A stretch of 64,000 bases of DNA from Saccharofermentanales bacterium (GTDB taxonomy: Bacteria > Bacillota > Clostridia > Saccharofermentanales > DTU023): NCBI GenBank assembly GCA_050951925.1, contig JBMNJZ010000001.1, positions 1,427,015 to 1,491,014 of the forward strand, written 5' to 3'. Numbering within the stretch: position 1 is the stretch's first letter; each line of letters begins with the position of its first letter. The position numbers and the translations under genes are program-made. Positions 53,087-64,000 of the stretch are shown here, one piece after another. The notes below the pieces were generated by a model. The model made no database searches. It was not told the DNA's origin and saw only the letters and a list, made by a program, of their open reading frames with translations.

Positions 53087-55260
53087 TAATTAGCCTCAAC
53101 AACTACTCTATCTGTAGGATACGAAACACGTTGATGAAAGTGACCGGCGTAAACATGTAAAAATGATTTAATAATGCTTTCAACCTGGGCAAAAGAAAGA
53201 CCTGATTTAATCAGCTGATTTTGATCCGTTTTAGTCTTCACTACGCGTCTGATCATACTTTCTGCTTCTTGGAGATTCTTTGGACTGACTGATCTCATGG
53301 CAGCCTCTACCGAATCAGCAAGCATTACAATAGCAGACTCTTCGGAATTCGGCACTGGGGTCGGATAACTGTATGATTCAGGTGAGGGCAACGGTTTTCC
53401 TTCTTTCTCCGCAATGTTGCAAGCTTTATGATAAAAATACTGCAAGACAGTGGTGCCATGGTGCTGCAAAATTATATTAAGTACAGGTTGCGGCAAACGA
53501 TGCTTCCTGCCTAATTTAACTCCATCTTCCGGATGACGGGTAATCAGCTTGCAGCTTTCTTGCGGCAACATGAAGTCATGAGGATTATCACCGGATTGAT
53601 TCTCAGTAAAAGCTAAAGGATTCTCTAATTTGCCGATATCATGGAAATATGATCCTACTCGTACGATCATGGCATTGGCACCGACTGCTTCCGCGGCTGC
53701 TTCGGCCAAATTGGCCACCATCATGGAATGCTGTGATGTGCCGGGAGCCTCGATAAATAATCGTCTTAACAAAGGATGGCTCGTCTGGGAGAGCTCAATC
53801 AGGCGCAGAGGAGAAACAGTATTAAAAAGCATTTCAAAAATAGGCATAACACCGATAGCCACTACGACAGAAAACATTCCACTAAGAACCGCCTGCAGTA
53901 TATGTGTAAGCATCCTGTCCAGGGGTTCATGAGCCAATAAACCAAAAACAGCGCTCATGCTCAAAGTGACAACGGCGGTAGAAACAATAATTTTGGCATA
54001 ATTGTCATGGCGTCCGATTCCCTTTGTGTATAAGGACGCTACCAGGCAGCCGGCTAGCGCTGTCATTGGAAATGCCATCTCAAAACCCGTCATAGGAATT
54101 AGCATGATGATCAAAAGAATAGACATGACAGTTGCGGTTCTAAAACCGAAATAAGCAGCAATTACCACTGCAGCAAAATAAACCGGCGGCGTTAGAGGAT
54201 TATGCTGAGCCAGATAGATAGAAGTTACCATCGGAATCAAAAGCGCCAGAGAAAGCGCCATTAAAGTTCTTGGAGTATCAGCAATATTAGGATGATAGCG
54301 TTGGAAATATAATACGGCCAGACCCGCTAAAATAATAACAAGGAGTAAAATGCCAAGCAGACGGAACCAATCAATACCAGTTTGACCAGTCAGATCCAAA
54401 TCTAGAAGCATTTGCCAGTTTGCCTCAGTTATCATATCACCTTTGGACACGATTCTGGTTCCTCTGTTTACCATTACAGGATTATTAATAACCCGATCAT
54501 AGGCAGCTTTTCGCGCATTGATCGTCGCCTCCTCATTGGGAACAACATTAGGCTTCAAAATCAACTGTAAAGTTTGGCCAATCAATGTCACATCATCTAC
54601 ATAATATTCACTGTTGTCTTTAAGGTTTTCGGCCGCATCATTGATTGCTATGGCAAGACGTGCTTGGTCAAGTGAGTCAGCCATAATCGCTTCTGTCTGA
54701 GTTAACAGTACTTCTGAAAAATTGTTAAAACGGACTTCTGACATCTTCATCAACTGTTGGGCATCTGCAGCCGGTAAAGTAAGACCAAGAGTCTGATCGA
54801 GACCTGAAATCAAAGACGAGGCAGAAAGCTGAAATTCAGTTTCTGTCGGTTGACGTAAATTTGTTGATGGTTCTTGTTGAGTCTCATTTGTAGGCTCTCC
54901 CCTGGCATTGTTGCCATCAGAATCAGGAACTTCGGTATCAGGGGACTGAACTTTATAAATTGCTTCTCTGCGTTCTTGCACAATATCCAGAAAACGCGTC
55001 ACATCTGAAATTACTGCCGAACTGGTCTGCTCTGATCGCATCATGACAGTTTGAATATCCGCCTGAGCCTGAGCTGCCCGCTTTTGCGTCTCAACACTGT
55101 CCGCAATCGCGCGTGGAGCGACAATATCATAATCACTGACGTCGCCTATACTTAGATTATATTTTTCTGGTTGAGAACCAATATATATAGACAAAGTAAA
55201 AATTGCTACTGTCAACAAAAGCGTGATCAAAGTTAATCTCTTCTTGGCATTGGATTTCAT
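53086..55260 (-). CDS. 7TM-HD membrane phosphohydrolase (PgpH/YqfF family)
   Basis: N-terminal signal anchor, extracellular domain, 7 TM helices, C-terminal HD domain (SQHSMMVA, FHDIGK). Confidence 0.8.
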   Translation of the reverse strand: MKSNAKKRLTLITLLLTVAIFTLSIYIGSQPEKYNLSIGDVSDYDIVAPRAIADSVETQKRAAQAQADIQTVMMRSEQTSSAVISDVTRFLDIVQERREAIYKVQSPDTEVPDSDGNNARGEPTNETQQEPSTNLRQPTETEFQLSASSLISGLDQTLGLTLPAADAQQLMKMSEVRFNNFSEVLLTQTEAIMADSLDQARLAIAINDAAENLKDNSEYYVDDVTLIGQTLQLILKPNVVPNEEATINARKAAYDRVINNPVMVNRGTRIVSKGDMITEANWQMLLDLDLTGQTGIDWFRLLGILLLVIILAGLAVLYFQRYHPNIADTPRTLMALSLALLIPMVTSIYLAQHNPLTPPVYFAAVVIAAYFGFRTATVMSILLIIMLIPMTGFEMAFPMTALAGCLVASLYTKGIGRHDNYAKIIVSTAVVTLSMSAVFGLLAHEPLDRMLTHILQAVLSGMFSVVVAIGVMPIFEMLFNTVSPLRLIELSQTSHPLLRRLFIEAPGTSQHSMMVANLAEAAAEAVGANAMIVRVGSYFHDIGKLENPLAFTENQSGDNPHDFMLPQESCKLITRHPEDGVKLGRKHRLPQPVLNIILQHHGTTVLQYFYHKACNIAEKEGKPLPSPESYSYPTPVPNSEESAIVMLADSVEAAMRSVSPKNLQEAESMIRRVVKTKTDQNQLIKSGLSFAQVESIIKSFLHVYAGHFHQRVSYPTDRVVVEAN

Positions 55261-56240
55261 CTTCTGCTCCCCCGCTTTTTCTTTTGTCTGAGCAATTCAG
55301 CTTCTTCATAGGCCTGAATGATTCGCTGCACCAAAGGGTTTCGTACCACATCTCTTTGGGTAAGCCTGATCTGCCCGACTCCTTTTACCTTACTTAGTAG
55401 CAGTGCCGCCTCTTCTAAACCACTTCTCGTATTGGCAGGGAGATCAATTTGGGTAATATCTCCGGTTACAACAGCTTTGGCATGGAATCCTATCCTGGTC
55501 AAAAACATTTTCATTTGTTCTCTGGTCGTATTTTGCGCCTCATCAAGAATAATAAAAGCATCATCTAGTGTACGTCCGCGCATATATGCCAGAGGCGAAA
55601 CTTCAATTAGTCCCTTTTCCAAATTTTTCAGATATTGCTCATTACCCATCAGATCATTTAGCGCATCATATAGAGGACGCATATACGGATCAACTTTATT
55701 TTGAAGGTCACCTGGTAAAAAACCCAGTTTTTCTCCTGCTTCAACTGCAGGCCTGGTTAAAATAATCCGCGATATTTCATGTGCACGAAAAGCCTTAACT
55801 GCCATTGCTACTGCCAGATATGTTTTGCCCGTGCCTGCAGGACCGATGGCAAATGTTAATTCATTTTTTTCTATGGACTCAATATATTTTTTTTGTCCAT
55901 ATGTCTTGCTTAAGATGGGTCTGCCTTTTGAGTTGACGCAGATAATATCCGGCGAAAATTCTTTAAAAGCTTCAACTTCGCCATCCTTAACAACATTAAT
56001 CAAATAGTTCACCAACTGATCAGTTAATGGTTGGCCACTACCGTGCAAATCATTCATCTTGCGATAAACTTCAGTTGCCGCAGTAATATTATCCGGTCTA
56101 TCCCCACGTATGACCAAGCCATTCGAAGTTGCCTCAGTTTCTACCTGAAAAGATTCATCAACAAGCTTTGCATGGTCATTGAAGGCTCCCAGCACTGCCA
56201 TTCCCGTACTCGTATGATCGAATTGAATACTATATTCCAT
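55257..56240 (-). CDS. phoH: PhoH-like ATPase (YbeZ)
   Basis: Walker A GPAGTGKTYLAVA, Walker B ILDEAQN, conserved phoH-pgpH-ybeY-era neighbourhood. Confidence 0.88.
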   Translation of the reverse strand: MEYSIQFDHTSTGMAVLGAFNDHAKLVDESFQVETEATSNGLVIRGDRPDNITAATEVYRKMNDLHGSGQPLTDQLVNYLINVVKDGEVEAFKEFSPDIICVNSKGRPILSKTYGQKKYIESIEKNELTFAIGPAGTGKTYLAVAMAVKAFRAHEISRIILTRPAVEAGEKLGFLPGDLQNKVDPYMRPLYDALNDLMGNEQYLKNLEKGLIEVSPLAYMRGRTLDDAFIILDEAQNTTREQMKMFLTRIGFHAKAVVTGDITQIDLPANTRSGLEEAALLLSKVKGVGQIRLTQRDVVRNPLVQRIIQAYEEAELLRQKKKRGSRR

Positions 56241-56257
56241 ATGAAAGTAGTATAACT

Positions 56258-56971
56258 TTATTCTACAGGTACCAGCAAATCATTTTGGTACGCAATCCTA
56301 TCTTCGCGCAGAGCAGGAATTACTAATTTCTTTTCGTGCTTAATAGTAATTGTCCAGTTTTCACCCTCTAATTCTTTGAGAATTACCCCTCGCACATTTT
56401 CCAGATAAGGAATAATATACTCGTCTATCGAATCCGGATTAACAATTGCTCTGATCTCAAAAGTATCGTTGCGATCAAAACGAACGCCATTGATAATTAT
56501 CTGGTCATCATTAGCTCTGATTTCCGTAGTCGCCACCTTACGCTCGCCATTAATTGAAACTGCCTGAGCGCCGAGAGAAGCTAGTTCATTAACAAATTGC
56601 CTCAGAACCGAATCTCTCATTCTTGCCGGAGCATTGCTGGTCAACGAAATAATCACTCCGTCGTTTTCAACTTTGCGTAAGCCTGCAAAAACAGCATATT
56701 GCTCTTTTTCTTCAATAATTTTCGCCAAAACTCCAGTTTCAGATCCGCTTAACTCATTCTCAAGAGTTCGGATATAGTCATGCAATTGATTATTACGTCG
56801 GTCAAGATCCTGATTCTTTTTTTGATATTCAATCACAGAATTCTGTAGTTCCTGTAAGCTATCACGGGTAACAGATTTTCTATTTAGACCCTTCATCTGT
56901 AAAGCGAGCAAGATACCTAGAACAATGCATAAAACAATTACAAAGGCACTGCGACCAAATCTAATTTTCAT
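56258..56971 (-). CDS. DUF881-family protein (division/sporulation-associated, YlxW-like)
   Basis: N-terminal TM, coiled coil, then the DUF881-type C-terminal domain. Paralogous to its upstream neighbour. Confidence 0.55.
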   Translation of the reverse strand: MKIRFGRSAFVIVLCIVLGILLALQMKGLNRKSVTRDSLQELQNSVIEYQKKNQDLDRRNNQLHDYIRTLENELSGSETGVLAKIIEEKEQYAVFAGLRKVENDGVIISLTSNAPARMRDSVLRQFVNELASLGAQAVSINGERKVATTEIRANDDQIIINGVRFDRNDTFEIRAIVNPDSIDEYIIPYLENVRGVILKELEGENWTITIKHEKKLVIPALREDRIAYQNDLLVPVE

Positions 56972-57788
56972 TTCTAGTGGCCTCCAAATAGGTAATATAT
57001 TCTCTGAAATTTTCGTATTCCGAGAACGTTGGAACGACTACTTGGCCTGTCTGGATCTCCATGCGGATCCCGACCTCATTCGAAGTAATCCTCTGTAGAT
57101 ATCTATCAGTTTCTAAAACTGTCAACATTTCCTCTATAGGTCCAATCACAATAATCACATAAGGAGGTGCCAAGCGCCGGGAATAGAATAAAATAGTCGG
57201 GCCTATACAATAAATCTGAGGTACAGCAGTAATTCTAGTTCCGTTAAAAGATAGAGCCCTTGCCCCAGCTCCATTTAGTAAATTAATTATATAAGTAATT
57301 GTGCCGTCATGTATTAAGGCATCCGACTTATCTACCAGCGGGTCATATCCTTCCTTGTCATTCATTGTAATAGTCAAACCTGTTCCGGTTACAGTTTCCA
57401 GACCAGCAAGGAGTCTTGCTGCTCTTAATTCCTGTATTAGCTCCGGGCGCTTAGTCGTAATCTCCAGCGAATCCAGTAAATCACGTCGCCTGTTCTCCAA
57501 AGTTTTCTGCTGTTTCAATAAGGACTCATTGTTAAGAACCAGAGTATTAAACTCATGCTGAATTGTCTCGTATTGACTAAATATTTCTTCCATTTCATTT
57601 CTAGTCCCAAAATTTTTAATAATGACTGAGATTGAAAACCCGAACACGATCAGCAAAACAAATAGCAGTAGTTTCATCTCCGGTGCCAATGTCCCGCTAT
57701 TTCGAGAATCAATAATTTTGCCGGAGTACGATTTTCTTCGAGGTCTAATTCTCTCTTTCACCGCGCATATACTCCATAACAAAATCAA
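56961..57788 (-). CDS. DUF881-family protein (start uncertain)
   Basis: Same architecture as 56258..56971. The first ATG overlaps rluD by 44 nt. The alternative ATG at 57677 has a poorly spaced SD. Confidence 0.5.
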   Translation of the reverse strand: MILLWSICAVKERIRPRRKSYSGKIIDSRNSGTLAPEMKLLLFVLLIVFGFSISVIIKNFGTRNEMEEIFSQYETIQHEFNTLVLNNESLLKQQKTLENRRRDLLDSLEITTKRPELIQELRAARLLAGLETVTGTGLTITMNDKEGYDPLVDKSDALIHDGTITYIINLLNGAGARALSFNGTRITAVPQIYCIGPTILFYSRRLAPPYVIIVIGPIEEMLTVLETDRYLQRITSNEVGIRMEIQTGQVVVPTFSEYENFREYITYLEATRNEN

Positions 57789-58656
57789 ATTCCGGCGGTA
57801 GCTTTGACGATAGACTTATTGTCTCTCCGGATACAGGATGTATAAATTTCAGACTTTTTGCATGCAATAACTGGCCATCTCCATAAATAATAGGTTTGTT
57901 TTTGCCGTAAACCATATCACCTACCACAGGATGACCAATATATGATAAATGTACTCTGATTTGATGTGTTCTGCCCGTTGTCAATTGACAACTAAGATGC
58001 GCTCCGCGGCAAGCTTGTTCAATCAGATCTATTTTAGTAACAGCAGGTTTCCCGTCTGCTACTACAGCCATTCGTTGACGATTTCCAGGATCTCGGCCAA
58101 CAGGTGCATCTATTAATACTGTTTTTGCCTCCATTTGGCCCCAGACAATAGTCTGGTAAATACGCACCAGCGATCTTTTTGCCAGCTGATTAGCAATATG
58201 ACGATGGGCTTGATTGTTCTTGGCAATAATTATCAAGCCGGAAGTATCTTTATCAAGCCGGTGAACAATGCCCGGACGGTCATATCCCTGAACATCAGAG
58301 AGATTGGCCGAGCCATACGCCAATAAAGCATTGACAAGAGTCCCTTTGTGATTTCCGGCAGCAGGATGAACTACCATTCCCCTGGCTTTATTGACTACTA
58401 TCAGCACCTCATCCTCATAAACTATCTCCAAAGGCAATTCCTCGGGAACTATATCCGATGTTTTCTGCTCTTCATTGACCAAAAATGTTTGACCTCTCAA
58501 TACCGCCTGAGATGGCTTGACCGCCTTAGCATTCAACGATACTTTGCCTGCCAAAATCAATTGCTTTATCGCTGACCTCGAAACTCCACATTGTCGTGCC
58601 AGCCAGCTATCAAGCCTAGGTGCGTCTTCCATAGCAACTATAGTCCGCATTGTCAC
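57745..58656 (-). CDS. rluD: 23S rRNA pseudouridine synthase RluD
   Basis: S4 domain, HRLDKDTSGL, GRTHQIRVH. Lies downstream of lspA, as in many Firmicutes. Confidence 0.88.
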   Translation of the reverse strand: MTMRTIVAMEDAPRLDSWLARQCGVSRSAIKQLILAGKVSLNAKAVKPSQAVLRGQTFLVNEEQKTSDIVPEELPLEIVYEDEVLIVVNKARGMVVHPAAGNHKGTLVNALLAYGSANLSDVQGYDRPGIVHRLDKDTSGLIIIAKNNQAHRHIANQLAKRSLVRIYQTIVWGQMEAKTVLIDAPVGRDPGNRQRMAVVADGKPAVTKIDLIEQACRGAHLSCQLTTGRTHQIRVHLSYIGHPVVGDMVYGKNKPIIYGDGQLLHAKSLKFIHPVSGETISLSSKLPPEFDFVMEYMRGEREN

Positions 58657-59147
58657 TCAGCATCACCTATTTCAGGAGCGATATTCCCGGTAATTTGCTC
58701 CATAAAACTATGGTCCAGGAGCAAAAAAAGTATCGCCAAAATAACTCCTATCGTGACGAATGCGTCTGCCAGATTAAAAACCGGAAACTTGTAGGAACCG
58801 AAATTAAATGATAGGAAATCTGTCACCCGCCCAAAGCGAATGCGATCAATTAAATTGCCAATACCGCCCGCTGCTATGAGCACCAGAATCATTTTGGCCT
58901 TGAATCCTTGAGCTCTGCCCAAATAGAATAAAACCACTATGCTTACAATCAAAGAGCTGATAGATAGGAGAGTAATTCCCCAGCTTTTTGCAGCAAGAAA
59001 ATTCCAAGCTGCTCCGGAATTCCAAGTTAGTTCCAGCTCAAAAAAGCCTGGGATAATCCTAATGGTCCCCCCGGCGAGATAATATTCCGCCAAAGACTTG
59101 CTATACTGGTCTAGGACAACCAGGATCAATATAGTTACTACGGCCAT
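58653..59147 (-). CDS. lspA: Lipoprotein signal peptidase II
   Basis: 4 TM helices, conserved NSGAAW and GGIGNLIDR motifs. Confidence 0.9.
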   Translation of the reverse strand: MAVVTILILVVLDQYSKSLAEYYLAGGTIRIIPGFFELELTWNSGAAWNFLAAKSWGITLLSISSLIVSIVVLFYLGRAQGFKAKMILVLIAAGGIGNLIDRIRFGRVTDFLSFNFGSYKFPVFNLADAFVTIGVILAILFLLLDHSFMEQITGNIAPEIGDAE

Positions 59148-61195
59148 ATGGTTAACTCCTCCAATCCAAAATAAGGATTATCAACATTCAGGCCTATGTT
59201 GCCTTCAATTCTTTCACCATAGCAGATAATATTACATGGCACAGCAACTCCTATCATATTGTATTGCTGTAATAGTTCTATCAATGCCATTATACCTGCC
59301 AATCTGGCACTGGAATTATTCTCATAGCCATCTGTACTTCCGGAAAGCTCCGACGATCTCCCCGTCAATCTATGCGAATAGAGTTCTTTAAGTACAAGTA
59401 GAGATTCATTGTCTGTCACCCCTGCTCCTCCCGCTGCTTTAAAAAATAGATACGGCTCATACAGATCAGCCGCAGAGAGCATCAATTTTAAAGCTGCTGT
59501 CTCGGGAACCTGCGCAGGATCAAGTAATTTCGGGGTCGGCTCGGGCGTAATACTGGGCAAATATATGATATTGGGATCCGGCGTTGGCGTTGGCGGCAAG
59601 GTTTCCGTTGGCGTTGGAGTCAAAGAGGGGTCGGGCGTACTCTCCGGGATCAGGCTCTCTCCCGCTCGCACAACTGGTACTTGCTGCAATCTCAATTCTC
59701 TTCTGATTTCCTCGCCGACAATATCCGCCACATCAAGCTGAGGCCAAGTCATTAATAATGGTTGAACGGGATCGTCATGCAGCCACACAAAATCAGCCTC
59801 AGCGAATAACTCCTCTAACTTTTGTTTTATCTCCTGAGTGGAGGGCAAAAAAGGGTGACTGCCCCTCTCCGGAATTGGAGAATACAGCCAGGATCCTGCT
59901 GGTCTATCCACCGTCAAAGCTGAGCGCAAAAAAGCCTTGGTAAGAGACTGCAAATATTGTCCGTTGTTAAGAGGGGGAACCCCTACATCTAGTTGCAAAT
60001 AAACGAAATGCCCAGTCGGAAGCTTCCGAGTCCTGAGATCCTTAAGCCCGCCAAATCGAGGCCAAGATGCGGCAGATAAGAGGAGCAGATCAATGTCCTT
60101 GCTCATGAAAGCATTTATCGCCTGTTGATGCGAATCGTAAGCTAAGACTCTAATTACCAGCTCATTATCATTTCTAGTTTGCTTGAATTTGGCTTCGCCG
60201 GTAATTAGTTGTTCTACGCAATACCAATTCCCTATTCCTGGCGGAAATGCCGAAAGCAAACCTCGAGAATAAATAGCAGGTATAATCGGTATAGCTAAAA
60301 AATCAAGTAGATTATCGCATCTCTCAAACAAATGTATTTCTATAAAAGAATCTGCGGCCACCACCTGTTTAATCGCAGCCATCGCCTGTTCACGGTTAAG
60401 ATAGATGAGTTCTTCAATATCCGGAGTATCCGTATGAGCCCAGATATCCTCAACTGTCTCAGAAGCTTCAACGCTCATACTATCGCTGCTTTTCGCAGTA
60501 TCAGCATTATAATCTTCTGTATCTGTATTCTCGGCAAGTTCCGCAGTCGCTTGTAGTGTTTCAACGGAATTCCCCGTAGTTTCAACGATTGCGGGATAAA
60601 CACTCTCCGACATATGAGAATTTTGCCCGATAGTCCCATATATTATGTCATCTTGTCCTGACGACACATCATCAATGTCAGGAGCATTATTGACAACCCA
60701 CCCCTTGTTTGCTACCCAACTTTCTATTGAAGCTTTAACATCTTCCGTATTCAAGACTGTGCCATCGGAAAATTCTAGGCCTGGTTCAATATCTATTTTA
60801 ATTTTTAGGCGGTCACCTGACCATCTGTAATCAGTCGCTATCACGGGACAGATATAACCCATGTCATCAGTAGCAAACAGGGTCTGGTATAGCAGACTAT
60901 AGATACCTTTCTGCTCTGCCGTTGCTGGATGTAGTGGATTGTAATCCCGTGGCTTTTGCCACCAGAGCCTCAGCTCACCTGTACCGGGCTTAATAGTTGT
61001 TGCAGGCGATGGCAAGATAATTTGACTTGATGTAGAAATTGCTCCTGGTGTTTCATTACTCTGAGCTTCTTCCAACACGCAAGCTGTCGTAAAGTTGAGC
61101 ATAAATATCAGAATCAAAACCAGAGCTGTCAGTCTATATGCAGTTCTATATAAATATTGCCACCGAAATAAAGTTTTGGGACTGAAATTTTTCAT
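59138..61195 (-). CDS. Lipoprotein related to family-5 (oligopeptide-type) solute-binding proteins, with a Pro/Thr-rich insert
   Basis: Lipobox FTTAC. The N-terminal region resembles SBP_bac_5 (YNPLHP...LYQTLFATDD...LEFSDGTVLNTEDVKASIE). PT-rich linker: TPDPSLTPTPTETLPPTPTPDP. Confidence 0.5.
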   Translation of the reverse strand: MKNFSPKTLFRWQYLYRTAYRLTALVLILIFMLNFTTACVLEEAQSNETPGAISTSSQIILPSPATTIKPGTGELRLWWQKPRDYNPLHPATAEQKGIYSLLYQTLFATDDMGYICPVIATDYRWSGDRLKIKIDIEPGLEFSDGTVLNTEDVKASIESWVANKGWVVNNAPDIDDVSSGQDDIIYGTIGQNSHMSESVYPAIVETTGNSVETLQATAELAENTDTEDYNADTAKSSDSMSVEASETVEDIWAHTDTPDIEELIYLNREQAMAAIKQVVAADSFIEIHLFERCDNLLDFLAIPIIPAIYSRGLLSAFPPGIGNWYCVEQLITGEAKFKQTRNDNELVIRVLAYDSHQQAINAFMSKDIDLLLLSAASWPRFGGLKDLRTRKLPTGHFVYLQLDVGVPPLNNGQYLQSLTKAFLRSALTVDRPAGSWLYSPIPERGSHPFLPSTQEIKQKLEELFAEADFVWLHDDPVQPLLMTWPQLDVADIVGEEIRRELRLQQVPVVRAGESLIPESTPDPSLTPTPTETLPPTPTPDPNIIYLPSITPEPTPKLLDPAQVPETAALKLMLSAADLYEPYLFFKAAGGAGVTDNESLLVLKELYSHRLTGRSSELSGSTDGYENNSSARLAGIMALIELLQQYNMIGVAVPCNIICYGERIEGNIGLNVDNPYFGLEELTIWP

Positions 61196-61989
61196 GATCT
61201 AATGTCTTCTAATTTGATATCAAGTCTTTTTATTGATCGCGCTTGACCGCAGCAATGATCTACTTTAATTACTGCTCCCTGAATATGAACATTACCAGAG
61301 TGTAACTTATAAGGTGTTGGCAGATAAGTGCAAAATCGACGTAAAGAATGCTCTCTGTCCATACCAATCACTCCATCAAGACTCCCGGTCATCCCAAGAT
61401 CCGATATATAGGCGGTACCGGAACCAATTATCCTCTCATCTGCTGTCTGCACATGGGTATGAGTTCCGCATACTGCGGCTACTTTGTCCGCAAGATACCA
61501 GGCCATGGCACATTTTTCTGCAGTTGCTTCGGCATGGAAGTCGACAACTGTAATTTGTGGCCTGACTCTGTCTAGCAGATCTTGAAAGTAGCGTTCCATA
61601 AAATAGAACGGATTGTCTGCGCCTTGCATAAAAATCTGACCCAATAAATTTATGACTAAGACCTTACCATGATTTCCTTTATGCACATAATATCCTTGCC
61701 CGGGCCATGATGGTGCACCATTCCAAGGCCGAATCACTTCCGGAAATCTATCTGCATCATCCAGCCAGGACCTCTGTTCCCACGCATGATTGCCAAGGGT
61801 GATTACATCCACTCCGGCATCCTGTAACTCTCTGACAATATTGTCTGTAATGCCTTTACCTCCGGCGGAATTTTCGGCATTGGCTATACATAGATCAATC
61901 ATGTATGTCTTCTTATAGGTCGGCAACCAAAATGTCAGAGCATCTCTGCCTTCACGGCCAACAATATCGCCAATCATCAGAATATTCAT
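61192..61989 (-). CDS. ymdB: YmdB-family metallophosphoesterase (2',3'-cyclic-nucleotide 2'-phosphodiesterase)
   Basis: MNILMIGDIVGREGR, GNHAW and DFHAEATAEK motifs. Conserved position downstream of rny. Confidence 0.85.
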   Translation of the reverse strand: MNILMIGDIVGREGRDALTFWLPTYKKTYMIDLCIANAENSAGGKGITDNIVRELQDAGVDVITLGNHAWEQRSWLDDADRFPEVIRPWNGAPSWPGQGYYVHKGNHGKVLVINLLGQIFMQGADNPFYFMERYFQDLLDRVRPQITVVDFHAEATAEKCAMAWYLADKVAAVCGTHTHVQTADERIIGSGTAYISDLGMTGSLDGVIGMDREHSLRRFCTYLPTPYKLHSGNVHIQGAVIKVDHCCGQARSIKRLDIKLEDIRS

Positions 61990-62127
61990 GCTGTCCTCCG
62001 CTAGCTAATTGTATCACAGAATAGTTATGCTTCCGGGCGGATATTGGGGCAATCAAGCAGTTACCAAACTAAATAAACCAGTAGTTTATGCTTGCTCCTT
62101 ATGGTTGAAATAGCTTTACTGTAATAT

Positions 62128-62167
62128 AAAATAATAAACCGGACAGGATTTGGTACCTCCTGTCCGG
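62128..62167 (-). terminator. Intrinsic terminator after rny
   Basis: Minus strand: CCGGACAGGA-GGTACCAA-TCCTGTCCGG followed by TTTATTATTTT. Confidence 0.7.
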
Positions 62168-62235
62168 CATCTTACATCTCTTGAACTAATTGCTCGTGCA
62201 ATTCTTTTGCCTTTCCTATTATGATTCGATCAATA

Positions 62236-63771
62236 CTACTTGGCGTAATCTGCTACCCTGCTTTCACGTATCATATTAATTTTGATCTGACCCGGGAAAT
62301 TAAGCTCCGCTTCGATCTGTTTGGCGATACGATGGGCAATCAAAGGCATCTCATCATCTTTAACCTGATCCGGCAGGACAATAACTCGTATTTCACGCCC
62401 GGCCTGGACAGCATAAGACTTTTCGACACCGGTCATTGAATTAGCAATTTCTTCTAATTTCTCAATGCGCTTGATATAAGTTTCTACATTCTCTCTACGT
62501 GCACCCGGTCTGGCAGCCGATATGGCATCCGCCGCCGCAACCAAAGAAGCAATCATTGTCGTAGGTTCTTCATCTCCATGATGAGATGCGATAGCATTTG
62601 TTGTCACTTCATCCAATTTAAGCCTTTTCGCAATATCAACTCCCAATTGGATATGTGAACCCTCCATTTCAAAGTCAACGGCTTTACCTATGTCATGCAG
62701 CAAACCTGCCCTCTTGGCAGACATTACATCAAGACCCAGTTCTGAAGCCATAATTCCGGCAATTCCGCTTACTTCTACAGAATGCTGCAGGACGTTCTGA
62801 CCATAACTGGTGCGATACTTTAAGCGACCAAGTATTTTAACAGCTTCAGGATGGATACCGACGACACCGGATTTAAAGACAGCCTCCTCACCAGCCTCCT
62901 TAATAGATTGGTCGATTTCCTTCTTAGCTTTCTCAACCGTTTCTTCAATCCTGGCAGGATGGATACGTCCATCCTGAACCAGCTTTTCTATGGCAATTCT
63001 GGCTATCTCACGTCGTATCGGATCAAAGCTGGATAAAATCACTGCTTCCGGAGTATCGTCAATAATCAAATCAACTCCGGTCATCGTTTCGATAGTTCTG
63101 ATATTTCGACCTTCTCTGCCGATGATCCTGCCTTTCATTTCTTCATTGGGCAAGGCAACAACCGACACCGTTGCATCTGAGACAAAATCTGAAGCATATC
63201 TTTGGATGGCATTTACTACAATCTCTTTAGCCATCACATTGGCGTTTTCCCTGGTTTCTTCCTCAATTTGACGAAACAGGATTGCCATATCATGTTCATA
63301 CTCCACTCTGGCTTCATCAAGAACCTGTTTCTGAGCTTCTTGTACAGATAATCCGGATATGCGTTCCAGTTCTTCGACTTTACGTTGTTCAGTCTCCTGT
63401 AGCCGCTTTTCCGCTTCCAGCAAATCACATTGCCTTTGCTCAATATCCTGCTCTTTTTGTTCAAGAGCGGAAATCTTACGATCCAGAGCTTCTTCTTTCT
63501 GATCAATCCGGTTTCTCTCTCGCGACAACTCGCTTCTTTTGTCGCGAGCATCTCTCTCCAATTCCGCTTTTGCTTTGTGTACTTCTTCTTTGGCTTCCAG
63601 TAGAAACTCACGTTTCTTGTTCTCGCCTTCTTTGCGTGCCTCTAAGATCAATGCTTTTATGTCCTCAGCAGTTTTTAATTTCTGCTCTTGTAACGCAATA
63701 CTCTGTTTACTCAGACCACGTCTGTACCAGGTAATTGTAACAATTGCTATCAGTACAGAGCCTGTAATCAA
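62236..63771 (-). CDS. rny: Ribonuclease Y
   Basis: N-terminal TM, long coiled coil, KH domain ([12 protein letters not shown]), HD domain (LLHDIGKA). Confidence 0.93.
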   Translation of the reverse strand: MITGSVLIAIVTITWYRRGLSKQSIALQEQKLKTAEDIKALILEARKEGENKKREFLLEAKEEVHKAKAELERDARDKRSELSRERNRIDQKEEALDRKISALEQKEQDIEQRQCDLLEAEKRLQETEQRKVEELERISGLSVQEAQKQVLDEARVEYEHDMAILFRQIEEETRENANVMAKEIVVNAIQRYASDFVSDATVSVVALPNEEMKGRIIGREGRNIRTIETMTGVDLIIDDTPEAVILSSFDPIRREIARIAIEKLVQDGRIHPARIEETVEKAKKEIDQSIKEAGEEAVFKSGVVGIHPEAVKILGRLKYRTSYGQNVLQHSVEVSGIAGIMASELGLDVMSAKRAGLLHDIGKAVDFEMEGSHIQLGVDIAKRLKLDEVTTNAIASHHGDEEPTTMIASLVAAADAISAARPGARRENVETYIKRIEKLEEIANSMTGVEKSYAVQAGREIRVIVLPDQVKDDEMPLIAHRIAKQIEAELNFPGQIKINMIRESRVADYAK

Positions 63772-64000
63772 GCCAATAACTAAATATAGCCACTCTATGT
63801 CTAATCACCTCCATAATTAATTTTTCAAGTTGCGAGTTAAAACATAAGCAACGCCTCGCTGAGGCGCTGTGAATACTATTCAATATTTTATAGATAAAAG
63901 TGCATATCTGTCAATTTATTCAATAAGTATGTCCTAAACTTTAGTCGTCAAATTATTTTGTAGGCTTTTATATATAATGTATTATGTTTAATAGCACTCT

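Noticed and set aside
1-64000. CRISPR arrays, transposases/IS elements, prophage genes, rRNA operons
   Set aside because: Reading the intergenic regions and ORF translations, I saw no regularly spaced direct repeats, transposase or integrase motifs, phage structural genes, or rRNA sequence.

Overview
This window looks like a chromosomal segment from a Clostridia-like Firmicute. The evidence is scfA/scfB (SCIFF) next to yajC, dnaG-rpoD-trmK, RNase Y, YmdB, a DUF881 pair, YfhO and an RNase P RNA. Most genes are housekeeping and lie on the minus strand: secDF, metNIQ, lysA, pnp/rpsO, murD, cca, recO, ybeY-era, phoH, rluD, lspA and rny. I also found three tRNAs (Pro-UGG, Pro-CGG, Leu-CAG), rnpB, and several promoters and terminators readable by eye. 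The main result is an accessory insertion at about 40.0-48.2 kb, directly downstream of tRNA-Leu, that looks more GC-rich than its flanks. It carries a tightly coupled five-gene minus-strand operon. Three paralogous proteins have an N-terminal TIR(-like) domain, one TM helix and a C-terminal LRR-like ectodomain, which is an inverted Toll-like-receptor layout. They are followed by an HD phosphohydrolase with a C-terminal RyR domain and a SLOG (YpsA/LOG-like) protein with a C-terminal 4-TM module. I read this as a candidate undescribed membrane-spanning TIR/SLOG nucleotide-signalling, defence-like system. Secondary findings are: a Met-rich (MMM) leader peptide with antiterminator/terminator logic upstream of metNIQ; an uncalled 50-aa SCIFF precursor gene; a structured leader before an ABC importer; and four unusual domain fusions (SecDF-DD-carboxypeptidase, YfhO-desulfoferrodoxin-like, DHFR-MGMT, YbeY-Era). 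All domain calls come from motif recognition by eye. No searches were run.
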